Source: Octopus bimaculoides (Eukaryota). From it: a stretch of DNA of 64,000 bases. Made by a program: the position numbers and the translations under genes. The DNA lies in NCBI RefSeq assembly GCF_001194135.2, contig NC_068983.1, positions 102,806,692-102,870,691 on the forward strand. The letters run 5' to 3'. The notes under the pieces were generated by a model. That model was not told the origin of the DNA, did not search any database, and saw nothing but the letters and a program-made list of their open reading frames with translations. Positions 14,787-28,349 of the stretch are shown here, in pieces. Position 1 is the stretch's first letter; every line of letters starts with the position of its first letter.

Positions 14787-16145
14787 CTGAAAATGAAAAT
14801 AATAAAAAAAAATAAAATAGGACAACATAAGTTATCAATCGTGGTGGTGATGATAGTGGTAGTGGCAAGAGAGCAGAATTTTACAATAGTATTGTGTAAG
14901 TGATTACCAAACATTATATTCCTTAGAGTTGAAATCTTTTGCTATGCCTATCTCCTGTTGAAGAGTTTTCGTTCCTCAAGAGCAAAGGCTTAGAAAACTC
15001 AATTGGTCATCTCATAATCACCATGGTAATCTCTTATTTTCTATACAAAACCTGTTCGCATTTATATATTACATTCTATTAGCATTTACTAGTTTTTAGA
15101 ATGAAAATCTAAAGCAACCAAAATAAATAAAACACTTCAATGATTCTTTTGTTTGCAATATTGGAAATATTTGCCAAATTTAACTTCATACAAAAGAAGA
15201 AAATTCAGAATCTATTTATTCCAGGCTTTCATCAAAGAAAAAATTGTAAAGCACACACTGTTGATCAGAGTAGATTTTTCAAATAAGATAAATTAATTTT
15301 TTAATCTATTTTTAAAAATTGATCATTAAAACAGCGTAGAAAGGAGAATTTCAAAATTAGATTTCAATTCTGCCATTCTTCTGCCTTGTATATTAAAGCC
15401 AGCTCCTCCTCACATTTCAGCCTTCTTCATCAATTTTATTAGTTTTTATTCATCATAATCACCATTATCATTTAAGAATTGTTTTCTATACTGGCATGTG
15501 TTGGATGGCTTGACAAAGTCTGATAAGCTGCAGACCTATGTCAGGCTCCAATATCAGCTTTGGCAATGTTTCTATGGCTGGATACCCTTCCTATTCACTT
15601 TACAGGGTATACCGGGAGCTGTTTTTGCAGCACAAGCATCAGTGAGGCAGCCAAGTAACATGCAAGATAACATAAAGAAAGGAAAATGCTCTCTCAACTG
15701 AGTTGGAGTGTATTTGAGAGAAGAGGAGATGGCTTTATGTGAGGTGTTGAAGGCTAAAATATGCTAGAGTGACAAGCCAGGTGTCCTACCAGAGAGAAGA
15801 TACGCAGTTTCTCAACATTATGCAAGAATGAGTGAGAGCAACAGGAAGAGAGATAAAGATAGTGGCGACAGGGCAAACTCACATCATCATCACCATGTGC
15901 CAGGTTGGAAAACAAGAGTTGCTTATCTGAACATTTTCTCCTTTTCTGGCTTCCACTTCATGAAGCAAAGATTGTAAATATGAGGTAAGGAATCTGAAGG
16001 GATCTAATTTATAGGGGGTGAGGGGAGCAGAAGTAATATTCTCATATTGGCAAAAATGGCGAACAGCAAAACACTATTGCTGCCCTGCTCCCTAGCTAAA
16101 GGTGTTTATAAGTGCTTATTTGGTTTAACAAACAATACTACAAGT

Positions 16146-16600
16146 GAGACCCAGGAAGGCGTGGGACGAAATGGTGAGAAAAGATCCTCAGACACTGGGA
16201 CTCACTGAAGAAATGACAAGGGACTAGATGTGGCAATTTGTTGTACTTGATAAGACACGTCAAGCTAATTAAAATCACTGTCTTCTACATATACAGGCTT
16301 ATCCCCTCAGGTGCCAGTGCCACTTTAAGAGCATGTCGGTGCTGCATTAATGCACACATGCCAGTGCTGCGTAAATGCACACATGCCAGTGCTGCATAAG
16401 CACATGCATGACGGTGACACATAAAAAGCACCCAACACACCCTGTTAAGTGGTTGGCATTAGGAAGGGCATCCAGCCATAGAAACCGTGCGACAATAGAC
16501 AACTGGCGTCTGGACAGCTCCATGCTAGCCAGCTCCATGTCATACCATCAAACCCATGCCAGCATGAAGGCCGGAAATTAAATGATGATGATGATGATGA
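16146..16600 (+). mobile_element. RTE LINE extreme 3' end plus UTR. UTR-only copies at ~15480-15900 (-), 17938-18250 (-), 5590-5715, 11085-11210, 23800-23950
   Basis: RPRKAWDEMVRKD..LGLTEEMT, the shared aggaagggcatccagcc motif and the (ATG)n tail seen at 3480-3620. Confidence 0.75.
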
Positions 16601-16959
16601 AGTGAATTCATATCACTTCTTTATATCTGAATTCCAGTTGAAAGAGCATGAATTACAAATGGAGATTTCTCCAATATCGGACAAACAAACATAGAAATGA
16701 AGAAAATAACATGTATTGCTTTCTCTCTAGATATCAGTGCAAAGGTAGTGGAGTGGTTGCGGACAATCAAATAAACCTTCACAAATTTCAGAAGAGAGGT
16801 CAACCGAACAGCTCATCTTTAAAACCGTAGTTAGCTTTTAAGTCTGTTCAGAATATATTCCCATATTGAAAGCAAGTTACTATTTGTTCTAGAAAAACAG
16901 CAATCGTTCAAATTCGTTTCCTTTATTTATTTTTTTTTTTTGCTTTAAAAAAAATTACC

Positions 16960-17358
16960 AGGAGTGGCTGTGTGGTAAGTAGCTTGCTTACCAACCACAT
17001 GGTTCTGGATTCAGTCCCACTGCGTGGCACCTTGGGCAAGTGTCTTCTACTATAGCCTCGGGCCGACCAAAGCCTTGAGTGGATTTGGTAGATGGAAATT
17101 AAAGAAGCCCGTCGTATATATGTATATATATGTATGTGTGTGTATGTGTTTGTGTGTCTGTGTTTGTCCCCCCAACATCGCTTGACAATCAATGCTGGTG
17201 TGTTTACGTCCCCGTAACTTAGCGGTTCGGCAAAAGAGATCGATAGAATAAGTACTAGGCTTCCAAAGAATAAGTACAGGGGTCGATTTGCTTGACTAAA
17301 GGCGGTGCTCCAGCATGGCCGCAGTCAAATGACTGAAACAAGTAAAAGAGTAAAAGAG
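16960..17358 (+). mobile_element. tRNA-headed SINE family A (internal microsatellite; CORE-like ccttgggcaag block), full-length
   Basis: A box TGGCTGTGTGG, B-box-like GGATTCAGTCC, (GTAAAAGA)n tail. Further copies at ~676-1060, 1125-1530, 3725-4565, 5305-5480, 7890-8185, 12522-12905, 13260-13800, 17690-17885 (-), 18330-18500 (-), 23290-23440, 25220-25612 (-), 28785-28960, 59870-60093. Confidence 0.9.
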
Positions 17359-18705
17359 ATCATTCAATAGTAATGAAAACAGATTAAGTTAGAGGTGATG
17401 ATCTAGGATCAAAATCAAGAATGTTTTAAATCTGTTCTCTTTTTTTTTTAACTATAAAATGAATGTTAAACTAAAGATGTAACCAAGAGTAATTCTAGAT
17501 AATGTAAAACAGGTGAAATAAGTTTATACAGGTGCTTGATTATTTATTGCTTATACAACTTCCTAAACTTGTCTCTAATCTTCGTAGGCTGACTGAACAA
17601 AGAGGACATTGACACATGCATATAAAAAGAGACACACATACCACACACTGTCACACAAACACAACAGTAAACATCTTTTTACCTTTTATTATTAACTTGT
17701 TTCAGCCACTGAACTGTGGCCATACTGGGGCACAACCTTGAAGGGTTTTAGTCAAACAAATCACCCCCAGTACTTATATTTTAAGTTTGGTACTTATTGT
17801 AGTTGTCTCTTTTGCCAAACCACTAAGTGACAGAACAAAAACAAACTAAGACAAAGGTAGTTAAATGGTGGTGGGGCTAAACACAAGCATACAGACACGC
17901 ATGTACATACATATACATATGTATATAGATGTATATATCATCATCATCATCATCATCGTTTAACGTCCGCTTTCCATGCTAGCATGGGTTGGACGATTTG
18001 ACTGAGGACTGGTGAACCAGATGACTACACAAGGCTCCAATCTGATTTGGCAGTTTCTACAGCTGGATGCCCTTCCTAACGCCAAACACTTCGAGAGTGT
18101 AGTGGGTGCTTTTATGTGCCACCGGCACAAAGGCCAGTCGGGAGGTACTGGCAACGGCCACGCTCGAAATGGTGTATTTTACGTGCCACCTGCACAGGAG
18201 CCAGTCCAGCGGTACTGGCAACGAACTCGTTCAAATGTCTTTTCACGTGCCACATACATATATATACATATATATATCTACACACACACACACATATATG
18301 TATACATGTGTGTGTGTGTGTATGTGTGTGCGTGAAAACTCATGGTGTGTTTCCAGACAGTTTCTGCTTTCTGCCTACCAAATTCACTCCCATGGCATTG
18401 ATCAGCCCAGGGCTATAATATGAAACACTTTCCCATATGCCACACAATGGGACTAATCAGGAATTAAAGGTTGCAGCACAAGCTTCTAAACCACAGTCAT
18501 TGCCAACATCTATAATATTTAAAAGANNNNNNNNNNNNNNNNNNNNNNNNNNNNNNNNNNNNNNNNNNNNNNNNNNNNNNNNNNNNNNNNNNNNNNNNNN
18601 NNNNNNNNNNNNNNNNNNNNNNNNNNNNNNNNNNNNNNNNNNNNNNNNNNNNNNNNNNNNNNNNNNNNNNNNNNNNNNNNNNNNNNNNNNNNNNNNNNNN
18701 NNNNN

Positions 18706-18764
<59 letters not shown>

Positions 18765-19984
18765 TATATCTACACACACACACACATATATGTATACATG
18801 TGTGTGTGTGTGTATGTGTGTGCGTGAAAACTCATGGTGTGTTTCCAGACAGTTTCTGCTTTCTGCCTACCAAATTCACTCCCATGGCATTGATCAGCCC
18901 AGGGCTATAATATGAAACACTTTCCCATATGCCACACAATGGGACTAATCAGGAATTAAAGGTTGCAGCACAAGCTTCTAAACCACAGTCATTGCCAACA
19001 TCTATAATATTTAAAAGAAAAAAAAAACAACAAAAGTATAACACTGGTTTCTTTAAGGAAACTGTGGACGATAACAATCTGTGTGAGAGCGTATGGATAA
19101 CAAAATGTACAGTTCAGTGAAGACTATTCACAATAATTTCACAAGACAGAACAATATCTTCTACAGAAAAAGAGATATTGATCATTTTTTTGCTTTTCAC
19201 AATGAAGTAATTCCCAAGCTTCAAAAACATGCCTCTCTTTATTTAGTAGTGCAGAACAACTATGCTAAATAGAAGACCACACTTTAGATATGAAGATAGC
19301 AATGAATAGAATAAGAAGCCCAATCTTATGACAAAGCCTCTACTGATTGCTCAGTCTGCAAGAAACAGCAGCCAGATCTCTCTCTGAAATCATACCTTAC
19401 TTTCTTAAACAAAGAACATATCAGATAATGTAGACCAACGTAACCCTAATACAACAAAATTGAATGCTTTTAATCATAGGTCTGCTCAATCAGGATTCAC
19501 CCAGGATGAAACAACACAAGCACAGCAAGACCAACTGATGGAATATATCCTAGAATATATCCTAGGTCCATATAGCAAAAACTTGTCTTTGCATTTACTA
19601 AATTTGCTCAAATTTACCTACATCTATCGCATATCACTTCAAATAACCTCTAATTTAATTCATTTTATTTCACCAACAAATAGACCCTCCAAAAAACCTT
19701 TAACTATCAAGAAACTATCTAACTCTTCAATACTTTCAAATCCATTCCTCTGCCAACTACACTGAATTTTATCTACAGCCTTTTGCCAACCAAATCTTTC
19801 AATGATAATTTTAAATGTATGCCCAGAAAAGAAAATCCATCATTCACCAATTGTCCACGTATTTTTAGAGATATTCAAAGTTCTTATTAATATCATTATT
19901 TATTAATTTATTGCTCTCTCTTTTTGATACTGAAATGATTTTTGTTGCATTGCTTTATTGTTGTATGTACCTTGCCTTACAGAA

Positions 19985-20990
19985 GACATCCAATTAGACT
20001 TACAAGGGTTAAACAAAACCCACTAATTTATATTCACATTCAAACAACCCAAATTTGGAGGCTCCAATGGAATCCTCAACACAAGAGGAGAGAAAAAATT
20101 TGGATTGAAAATGAGGACATGCAAATCTTACCTGCAAGGCAAATGTTGGCATGGGGAAGACAGTACAACCTGCTAGTTTGCTTACCCGAGACCTCACCAA
20201 AACTGCAGGGGCCTTAAGGAGAAATACTTCCCAGAGGAGAGGCACCAATCATCTCCAAAGAGAAAGTATGTAGATGCAGTGCACTCTTCAAGTGTTATAT
20301 AAAAGGCAGCAGCTAAGCAAGAGTCTTTTTTGCGCATGGTACAAAAGATTGTGCAGCAGCTGACCTGGTTATATCAAGCGCAAACACAGAACCATGCCCA
20401 CCACTGCACATGACCACCACAATCAACAGACACAGGATGGCCTCCCCTAATGTTAGCACAGTCGTCACGCCAATATTTTTACTAAATATTGGAGGCCTGT
20501 TGTATCACAACAACAAAAGCAAAATCTTTTTCCTGAGAGACTTTGCTGTATGCAATCAAACCCTATGCACAGCATTCATGGAAACTCATCTGAGGCCTGA
20601 TATAAAGGATGCAGGAGTACACATACCAAAATATACCATACAGCGAACAGACAGAAAGGAAAGGAGCTATGGTAGAGTTGCTGTGTACATTTGTGAAGAC
20701 CTCACACACCAGATCGTACTGTCATACTCAAATTCAGTATGTGACACTCTTGTATACATAAGACAACACAATATAGTCATGTTCAATACATATTGCCCAC
20801 CGGATGCTCCAAACCACATGAGCAAATTTGAAGATTGCCTCACAAGAATAAAAGAAACCCTCATGAAACTGGAACATTACATGAGTGTGTTTCTTATGGG
20901 TGATTTTAACTTCCCCAGTGTCAAATGGCCTGAGAGCCTCATGCTGTCAGGAATGACTCATTGCAAACAAGTACAGGTGGAGTCCCTGCA
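19985..20990 (+). mobile_element. CR1-clade LINE fragment: end of ORF1 and AP-endonuclease domain of ORF2
   Basis: Open frame 20410-~20990 with APE motifs LLNIGG, FMETHL, GRVAVY, TYCPP and MGDFNFP, truncated at (TA)n and a gap. Confidence 0.88.
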
Positions 20991-20995
20991 TATAC

Positions 20996-21045
<50 letters not shown>

Positions 21046-22049
21046 NNNNNNNNNNNNNNNNNNNNNNNNNNNNNNNNNNNNNNNNNNNNNNNNNNNNNNN
21101 NNNNNNNNNNNNNNNNNNNNNNNNNNNNNNNNNNNNNNNNNNNNNNNNNNNNNNNNNNNNNNNNNNNNNNNNNNNNNNNNNNNNNNNNNNNNNNNNNNNN
21201 NNNNNNNNNNNNNNNNNNNNNNNNNNNNNNNNNNNNNNNNNNNNNNNNNNNNNNNNNNNNNNNNNNNNNNNNNNNNNNNNNNNNNNNNNNNNNNNNNNNN
21301 NNNNNNNNNNNNNNNNNNNNNNNNNNNNNNNNNNNNNNNNNNNNNNNNNNNNNNNNNNNNNNNNNNNNNNNNNNNNNNNNNNNNNNNNNNNNNNNNNNNN
21401 NNNNNNNNNNNNNNNNNNNNNNNNNNNNNNNNNNNNNNTTATTTGCTTTTTTCTTTTTAAATTTGCTGTTTTACCCTAACCCTAGCCTATAATAGAAAGG
21501 TTTATTAGCTACTGCCAATATGCTTCAGCCATTTTTTGACAAGGAAATAATAATTTTATCACCGATAGAATTGTTTCAGAATCGTTTGTTTATGTAGTCA
21601 GCACTTAATGTATATCGGCTGAATGGACGTCAGTGATTAGTTGAAATTACAGAAATACGACAACTTTAACATGGAATAACTTAAGGATTTCTTTTTTTTT
21701 TAAGAAGACTAAGAGAAAAAGATGTTTTATATGACACATTCTACCAGTGTTCCAAGTTTCAAAGTGTTTCGTTAAGAAAATACTGTGGCCCCCGTTTTAA
21801 AATAGATCCGAAAAATTAATAGAAATCTTACAAACCATGCAAACAATGTCCCCTTCATGAGGAAAGATATCGTCATAAAATTACATTCTTGACACATTTT
21901 TGGTTTTATTTTTAATTACAATCAAGGAGTACACCCAGAGGAGATGATACAAAACATGTGTCGATAAAAATGGATGAGATTTACAAAAAATGAACATTTA
22001 AAAAAATTAATGGAAAATATAACATATGTTTTAGACAAACAAAAGGACA

Positions 22050-22686
22050 ATGCAATGAAGTGGGGACGAGTTCGGCTCTGACCCCACAAGCCCCGTTCAA
22101 CCACTGAGACCTTTTATTTTTTCTTCGTTGTTTACATTTAAGTCTAGCCATTCATACCCAGCATTCATACCATTTTCTTCCATCTATTGTTATATGTTGT
22201 AGGCAACAGATATCTCCTCTCCAGGAGTATTTTTCTTTTGACATGGGAAACAAAGAATGTTACCAAACCCCCAGCTGGAGATGAAGACACGTGTTGCTAC
22301 TCCTTCCAAACAAGACTTCCATACTGCCTCTTTCGCCATAGCGATCACAACAAGAAAACAAACCTTTTCTTCCTAGTTAAAAGAAGATGGCGAAATAATC
22401 TTAATGATTGATTCAGATGACAGCTGTACTCTTCCAAGACAGGACACCAGATGTTCGACATAAACCCACAATTCCTAGATTTTCAGACATTGTACGAAAG
22501 CATGCAGGACCGTTTCTCTGTCCTGCTCACATCTTGGAGAAGTGGGCATTCACTAACCTCCATGCCTTGTGAGTTTATCATGAACAGGTAAGGCTCTACA
22601 TTATTATATTTAAGAGATAAGGAATTATGTACATTATTTACATTTGACGGATATTTGTCCTCATCTTGTTTGTTGTTAACACAACA
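22050..22686. mobile_element. Unclassified, probably Penelope-like, fragment ending in an inverted copy of the post-hammerhead tail of 29684-29978
   Basis: 22590-22686 is the reverse complement of ~29890-29980. The body sequence was not recognisable as protein. Confidence 0.4.
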
Positions 22687-22709
22687 GTAAAGTGCTTTAC
22701 TTATAAATA

Positions 22710-22744
<35 letters not shown>

Positions 22745-22749
<5 letters not shown>

Positions 22750-23295
22750 TCCCAAATGACCTAACAGACCTGCATGGGGTGGACGTAGGTGTCTTCAAAA
22801 TAAAGCTGGACTTCTTACTATCAAGTGTCCCAGAGGAGCCAACTTCGCGGCAGGAGGTGCACATGAGGGCAGCAGCATCAAACTCCCACATGCACAAAAT
22901 GTCGATTTCCAAAAAGCATTTGTGAAGTAAAATTAGGAAACAACACCAAATGGCTGTGCCCCAGCATGGCCACAGCCCATGAGCTAAAACTAGATCAAAT
23001 CAAATCAAACCAAAACATATATAAATATATATATATATATTGTGTTGTCCGGAAAGTTCATGCCGATTTATACAAGGAAGATCACCACAGTCCAGCAGAT
23101 GAACTACAGGAAGTGACTGAAGGCACAAAGTTTCTACTTCCTGGAGCACAGGCAGGAGAGATATGTAATAATTTACATATGGAAAATACTGGAAGGACTC
23201 GTACCAAAGTTTGGCATCAAGTACTACATGAATGCCCACACAGGATACCACTGCATAGTACCAAGGGCACCATCCACTGCATTTCACATAAAGAA
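22745..23295 (+). mobile_element. CR1-clade ORF2 C-terminal pieces (22745-23010 with (ATCAA)n tail; 23075-23295) separated by a mariner TIR stub (~23039-23072)
   Basis: LPNDLTDLHGVDVGVFKIKLDFLLSSVPEEP..RAAASNS and TRKITTVQQMNY..QERYVIIYIWKILEGLVP. Confidence 0.8.
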
Positions 23296-23449
23296 CAAGG
23301 TACGGCAACACTGGTTCGGCAAAAGGGACCAATAGAATAAGTACTAGGCTTACAAAGAATAAGTCCTGGGGTCAATTTGCTCGACTTAGGCCATCTCCAG
23401 CATCGCCACAGTCAAATGACTGAAACAAGTAAAAGAAAAGATATATTTC

Positions 23450-23481
<32 letters not shown>

Positions 23482-23570
23482 NNNNNNNNNNNNNNNNNNN
23501 NNNNNNNNNNNNNNNNNNNNNNNNNNNNNNNNNNNNNNNNNNNNNNNNNNNNNNNNNNNNNNNNNNNNNN

Positions 23571-23723
23571 TATATATGAGTATTAAATTAAATTAGAAAT
23601 TTTAGAAATGTAAATTCAAGATCACAAATATATATAATATACATCCAGCAGCAGTTCTGTACACATTTTTGATCTTGAATTTACATTTCTAAAATTTCTA
23701 ATTTAATTTAATACTCATATATA
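23571..23723. repeat. Near-perfect palindrome: 59-bp arms, 35-bp spacer, within (TA)n
   Basis: 23571-23629 is the reverse complement of 23665-23723 with one mismatch. Confidence 0.85.
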
Positions 23724-24379
23724 TATATATATATATATACATATATATACATTATATATACATTACACATATTGAGTTCTTATGTCAGTCAAAGTTGATT
23801 GTTTTGATGCCCTCCATAAAATGGTTTATGTTGAGAAGGGCATCTAACCATAGAATCTATGCCAAAGCAGACTGGATTTTGGTGCAATCCTGTGGCTTGC
23901 CAGCTCCTATCAATCTATCCAACCTATGCCAGAGTAGAAAACAGTCATTAAATAGTAATCAGGAAAAACATTTATTATTAAGTATGTGCGTCAGTGTACC
24001 TCTATATGCCTGTGTTGTCTATATTTGTGTCTATGTTTATACCAATCTAAAAAGTACTGTTCTTACTGATGTTGTATCCATTTATGTGATCTAGCAGTTT
24101 GTCAAATAGAGGCTGTCTTAATAAATACCTGACTGAAATAGGTACAGGGGCAATGCAATCAAATAGAATTTTTGAAAGCTTTGTCCCAAGCATGGCTGAA
24201 ATCTAATGACTGGAACCAGTAAAAGCCCAAGAGGAAGTATAAAGTGTCCAAAAATGTTGTCCGTACATCTACAACCTAACTTTGATACTGACACACTTCA
24301 TTTGCATCTGAGCTGTGAGAACTTACTTGGAGACAAATTGTACTGTGGTAACAATTTAATAATAGTGAAATATACTTAC

Positions 24380-24503
24380 AACAGTCTTTTCCTCTAGTAA
24401 TATTATTAGGCGTCCCTCCAGCACACTTGTCTGGTTCTGGGACGGAAACTCTCCACCGTCCTCCATACTGATCACACTCTGTGTACTCATAATGAAAGTC
24501 TTC
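24380..24503 (-). CDS. ELAPOR2: ELAPOR homologue coding exon 2 (EDFHYEYTECDQYGGRWRVSVPEPDKCAGGTPNNITRGKDC)
   Basis: Acceptor ttgtcattgCAG at 24506-24504 and donor t|GTAAGT at 24379. Length 124 bp, phase 0 to 1. Family motif YHxEYTxCD...RWRVxxP...C...GKxC. Confidence 0.93.
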
Positions 24504-25418
24504 CTGCAATGACAAGTTAAGTAAATGAATGACAGGCAATCAGTCAATAAAAATATTATCTTATTGTTAGTTATTGCAAATTTTAAAAGTTTCCATGGAT
24601 GTTGACATTTCTGTTTATAAAGATAAGTTAACAGATACACATCACATAAAAACAAACAGTAGCCTAATTTCCCCTTAAATTACACCCTAATATCTTACAA
24701 AGGAAAAAAAAAAAGTATAAAGACACATTGAATAATGTGATCCTAGATACACTGAGTCCAGAAAGACTAAAAATGTGGGATGATCATGACAGGTCCACTT
24801 GATCAAAACTGACCCGGGGTTAAACAACAATAATAGGTTACATAGAACATGATTTTTCTTCTCCTTATCCCTAATAACTGTACTTCCTCACCTCTGCGGA
24901 ATGACAACATAATTGTCCTTACATTAAACTTCTTAAACATGATCAGAGAAAACCTTCACTACTATCAGTCTTATCTTAAAAACAGAATGAGTGGAAACAA
25001 ACATTTGACAACACTGTATCAAGAACTGGTTAATACAGGGCAATCTACAAGAGATAATAGTGTCTTTAATTTATAAATAACCAAATTACACTAAAGAAAC
25101 TGAAATATATGTTTATGCAATGCCTATGTTGTCGTTACACTCAGGCCCAATGATATACAGATAGATATCTAAATATATTTTATTAATACCAGTTATTTAC
25201 TCAAGTTTCATTTTATCTTTTATTTTTTTACTTGTTTTAGTCATTAAACTGCAGCCATGCTGAGGCACCACCTTCAAGAATTTTTTAGTTAAATGAATCA
25301 ACCCCAGTACTGTTTTTTTTTTTAAGCCTGATACTTATTCTATTGATATCTTTTGCAAAACTGCTAAGTTATGTGAATGTAAACACACCAACACCAGTTG
25401 TCAAGCAGTTGTGGAGAA

Positions 25419-25460
<42 letters not shown>

Positions 25461-26654
25461 ACAGGCCTCTTTCAATTACTGTCTACCAAATCCACTCACA
25501 AGGCTTTGGTTGACCATGAGGTTACAGTAGAAGACACTTGCCCAAGATGCCATGCAGTGGGGTAGAACCCAGAGCTATTTGTTTGGGAAGCAAGCTTCTT
25601 TCCACACAGCCACATTATTTTGGGGATATTCTTTTAACTTCATTTGCTTCCTTTTTTTTAAGTTCATAAGTGTCCAACAGAATTCAAAATGAAGTACATT
25701 AAGAGAACTTCAACATACAGCTAATTTACTTTTCTTTGTAAATGCATAGAAAATAAGTGAAGACATGAAGCTTAGTAAAAGTGTTTCAGTTCAAAGGAAT
25801 ATTGCTATGACATTAGTGTATTGACATCTACAGAGATCATCAAGCATTCATTCAGTATATAGCAGAGATTAAGTCATGTCATAAACTATCCTCAAGTACA
25901 AAAGATTAGTGTGTTTGTTAAACTGATGATGTGCACAGATTTTCAATGATTATAATCGGTTGAGTACTCAAGTCATATGTAACAGATCTAAGAATTAAAA
26001 GGCAAGTCTAATAAGATACAATAATAAGAGCAATGATTTATATGTTATCACCTGAAACATAGAGCATGGATAGCATACACTTTATGTTTTAGAGAAGATT
26101 TGAATCATAAAACACACAACTAATGCAAAACAATTGAGAACTGCGATCTGACTAATTCCTTCAGTGCATAGTGAGAAGGTATATTATTGGGAATTAAAGA
26201 GTAACAGAAAGGAGAAATGAGTAGATGAAGTATTGAGAAATAATCTATGAAGAGCAACACAAACGGTTGCAGTAATAATGTGATGGAGCAGAGATGGATC
26301 TAATGTAAACATGGATCCAATCTAACTATTAAGTGTTGATAGGCATCGTGTGGAGATACAGTTCAGCACTGCTAGAAGCAGATCACTATATAACTGGCTC
26401 ATACTTTGTAAGCTTACAATGTGGAGCCCCCAAATCTTATCTACAGATTCAACTTGGAAAAAACTTGAACTCAAGCAGGTTAGATATACTGCACCAAGAC
26501 AAAGTTTACAATGTTATTCCAATGACCCATCAGTTACAAAACATTATATTTAATGAGGATTACATTAGGTTAAATAATGTTGTAAATTAGTAATGAAGTT
26601 TATTTCATATTTAAAAGGAATTCTGTCCATAATAAACCTCTCTCCTTCTTTCTT

Positions 26655-26698
<44 letters not shown>

Positions 26699-27349
26699 CA
26701 TGAAGAAGAGATTGTATAATTACTATAATAAAAGTATAATATGATATGATAATATAATCATCAGAAACAAGAAATAATTGGTGAAGGGAGTTAAGATTTA
26801 TTGAATATCAATTGTGATTGAATATTTATAAATGCAAAAGACTGTCTTGTTCAAGTCAGAAATTGGTTGAGAATGAAAGGCATTAATGTGTTCTTGCATG
26901 AGAAGATTAGAACAGTATAACAGTGTAATCTTTGAATGCTTAACAATAATAGTAGGTAGGATGTGGCCAATATTCAGAACAGCGTGTTCAATATATTGTT
27001 ATAGTGTGAATAAATCTGTATTATATGGAATATCAATGAATTGTCTGGAATTCCAATGACCATTTTCAATAAATTTTATTGATACTTTTTAAAGGCTCCA
27101 TAGAGCATCACAAAAACCTACAGATCAGGGAGCACTACATTGCAATCTTTAGAAACATTTATCGTAAGTCCAGCTGCTGTGTAAAGGTAGAAAATAGAAA
27201 CAAATACTTTCACATCACCACCTAAATTCATTAACCTTGCAAACCATCACCATTTTTATTATTCTGCTAACTAGATTTCATCATGAAAAAGCAATCAACT
27301 GCAATGAATATGGAATCTGGTGAAGCCATAGTAGAGATATCAACTAATA

Positions 27350-27552
27350 TGAGGGGCTGCTGAAAAGTTCCTGGCTTTGGGTAAAAGAAAATTATGATTT
27401 TATTCAACATATCCCCCTCTCTCAAGTTCACACACACTTATTGCAGTGATCCTTCAGTTTTTCTAAGCCCTGTAAAAGAACTCAGAAGATTGGGCCTCCA
27501 GCCAGGCCTTTCATGATACCTTTACAGCTAGGAACTTTTTAGCAGCTCCTCA
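27350..27552 (-). mobile_element. Mariner-derived MITE (203 bp)
   Basis: TIRs tgaggggctgctgaaaagttcctggct / rc tgaggagctgctaaaaagttcctagct with TA on both sides. The interior on the minus strand encodes a degenerate transposase C-terminus (WLEAQSSEFF..GLEKL..CNKC..GYVE*). Confidence 0.85.
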
Positions 27553-27599
27553 TAATTATTCATTGTTGGAGAAATCTAGAGACACTCTACAAGTGCTGA

Positions 27600-27890
27600 C
27601 TCAGTAACTGAGAGACAAAGAAAACAAGTCTAAGAATGAACAGAGAGAAACAAAACTAAGGAAATTGGCCAGAAAACCAAGGAGCATCACCTTGATGATT
27701 AAAGAACAGCCTCTTAAAGACCTGAGCTGAATCATATACTTTGGCAATGTTCTGTACAAAGATAAAGATGATGAAACTGACATTAAATGCAAAATCCTAA
27801 TAGTGACAGCAGTATTCTGGCAAATGTACTAATTTTTGGTCATGAACACACAGGACACTAACATCAAAATAAGTACCATTGTATATATGG
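27600..27890 (+). mobile_element. Degenerate RTE-type RT C-terminal fragment; a similar remnant lies at ~4830-5010 (-)
   Basis: ...KEQPLKDLS*IIYFGNVL..DETDIKCKI..AVFWQM; the minus-strand remnant reads VKGTRLDEVNSFMYLGS. Confidence 0.55.
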
Positions 27891-28312
27891 CAAGTACTGA
27901 TATTGATTTAATCAACTAAGCCCCTCCTTCATATTTCTTGTGTATGTACTAGAAATGATTATTATTGCAAGTGGTAATATACCATGAAGGTCAACCTTGT
28001 CTTCCATACTGTTCGGGGTTGATAAAGTAAGTACTAATTGAGCACTGAGATCAATGTAGTCAACTAGCCCCTTCCCGCCAAAATTCCTGGCCTTGTGCTT
28101 ATGCTAATTGTTAGCATGCCGGGAAAAATGCTTAATGGTATTTCATTCATCTTTACATTCTACTGAATTCTACTGAAGCCAACTTTGCCTTTCATTCTTC
28201 CTGGACTGATAAAATAAGTACCAGTTGAACACTGAGGTCCATGTAACTGACTCATCCCCTCCCTTGAAATTGCTGGCCTTGTGCCAAAATTTGAGATCAT
28301 TACTATTATTAT

Positions 28313-28349
<37 letters not shown>

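Noticed and set aside
18250-19016. About 275-bp exact duplication on either side of the gap at 18527-18705
   Set aside because: Identical sequence flanking an N run is a typical unmerged contig overlap. The same pattern occurs at 32390-32645 and 57680-57758.
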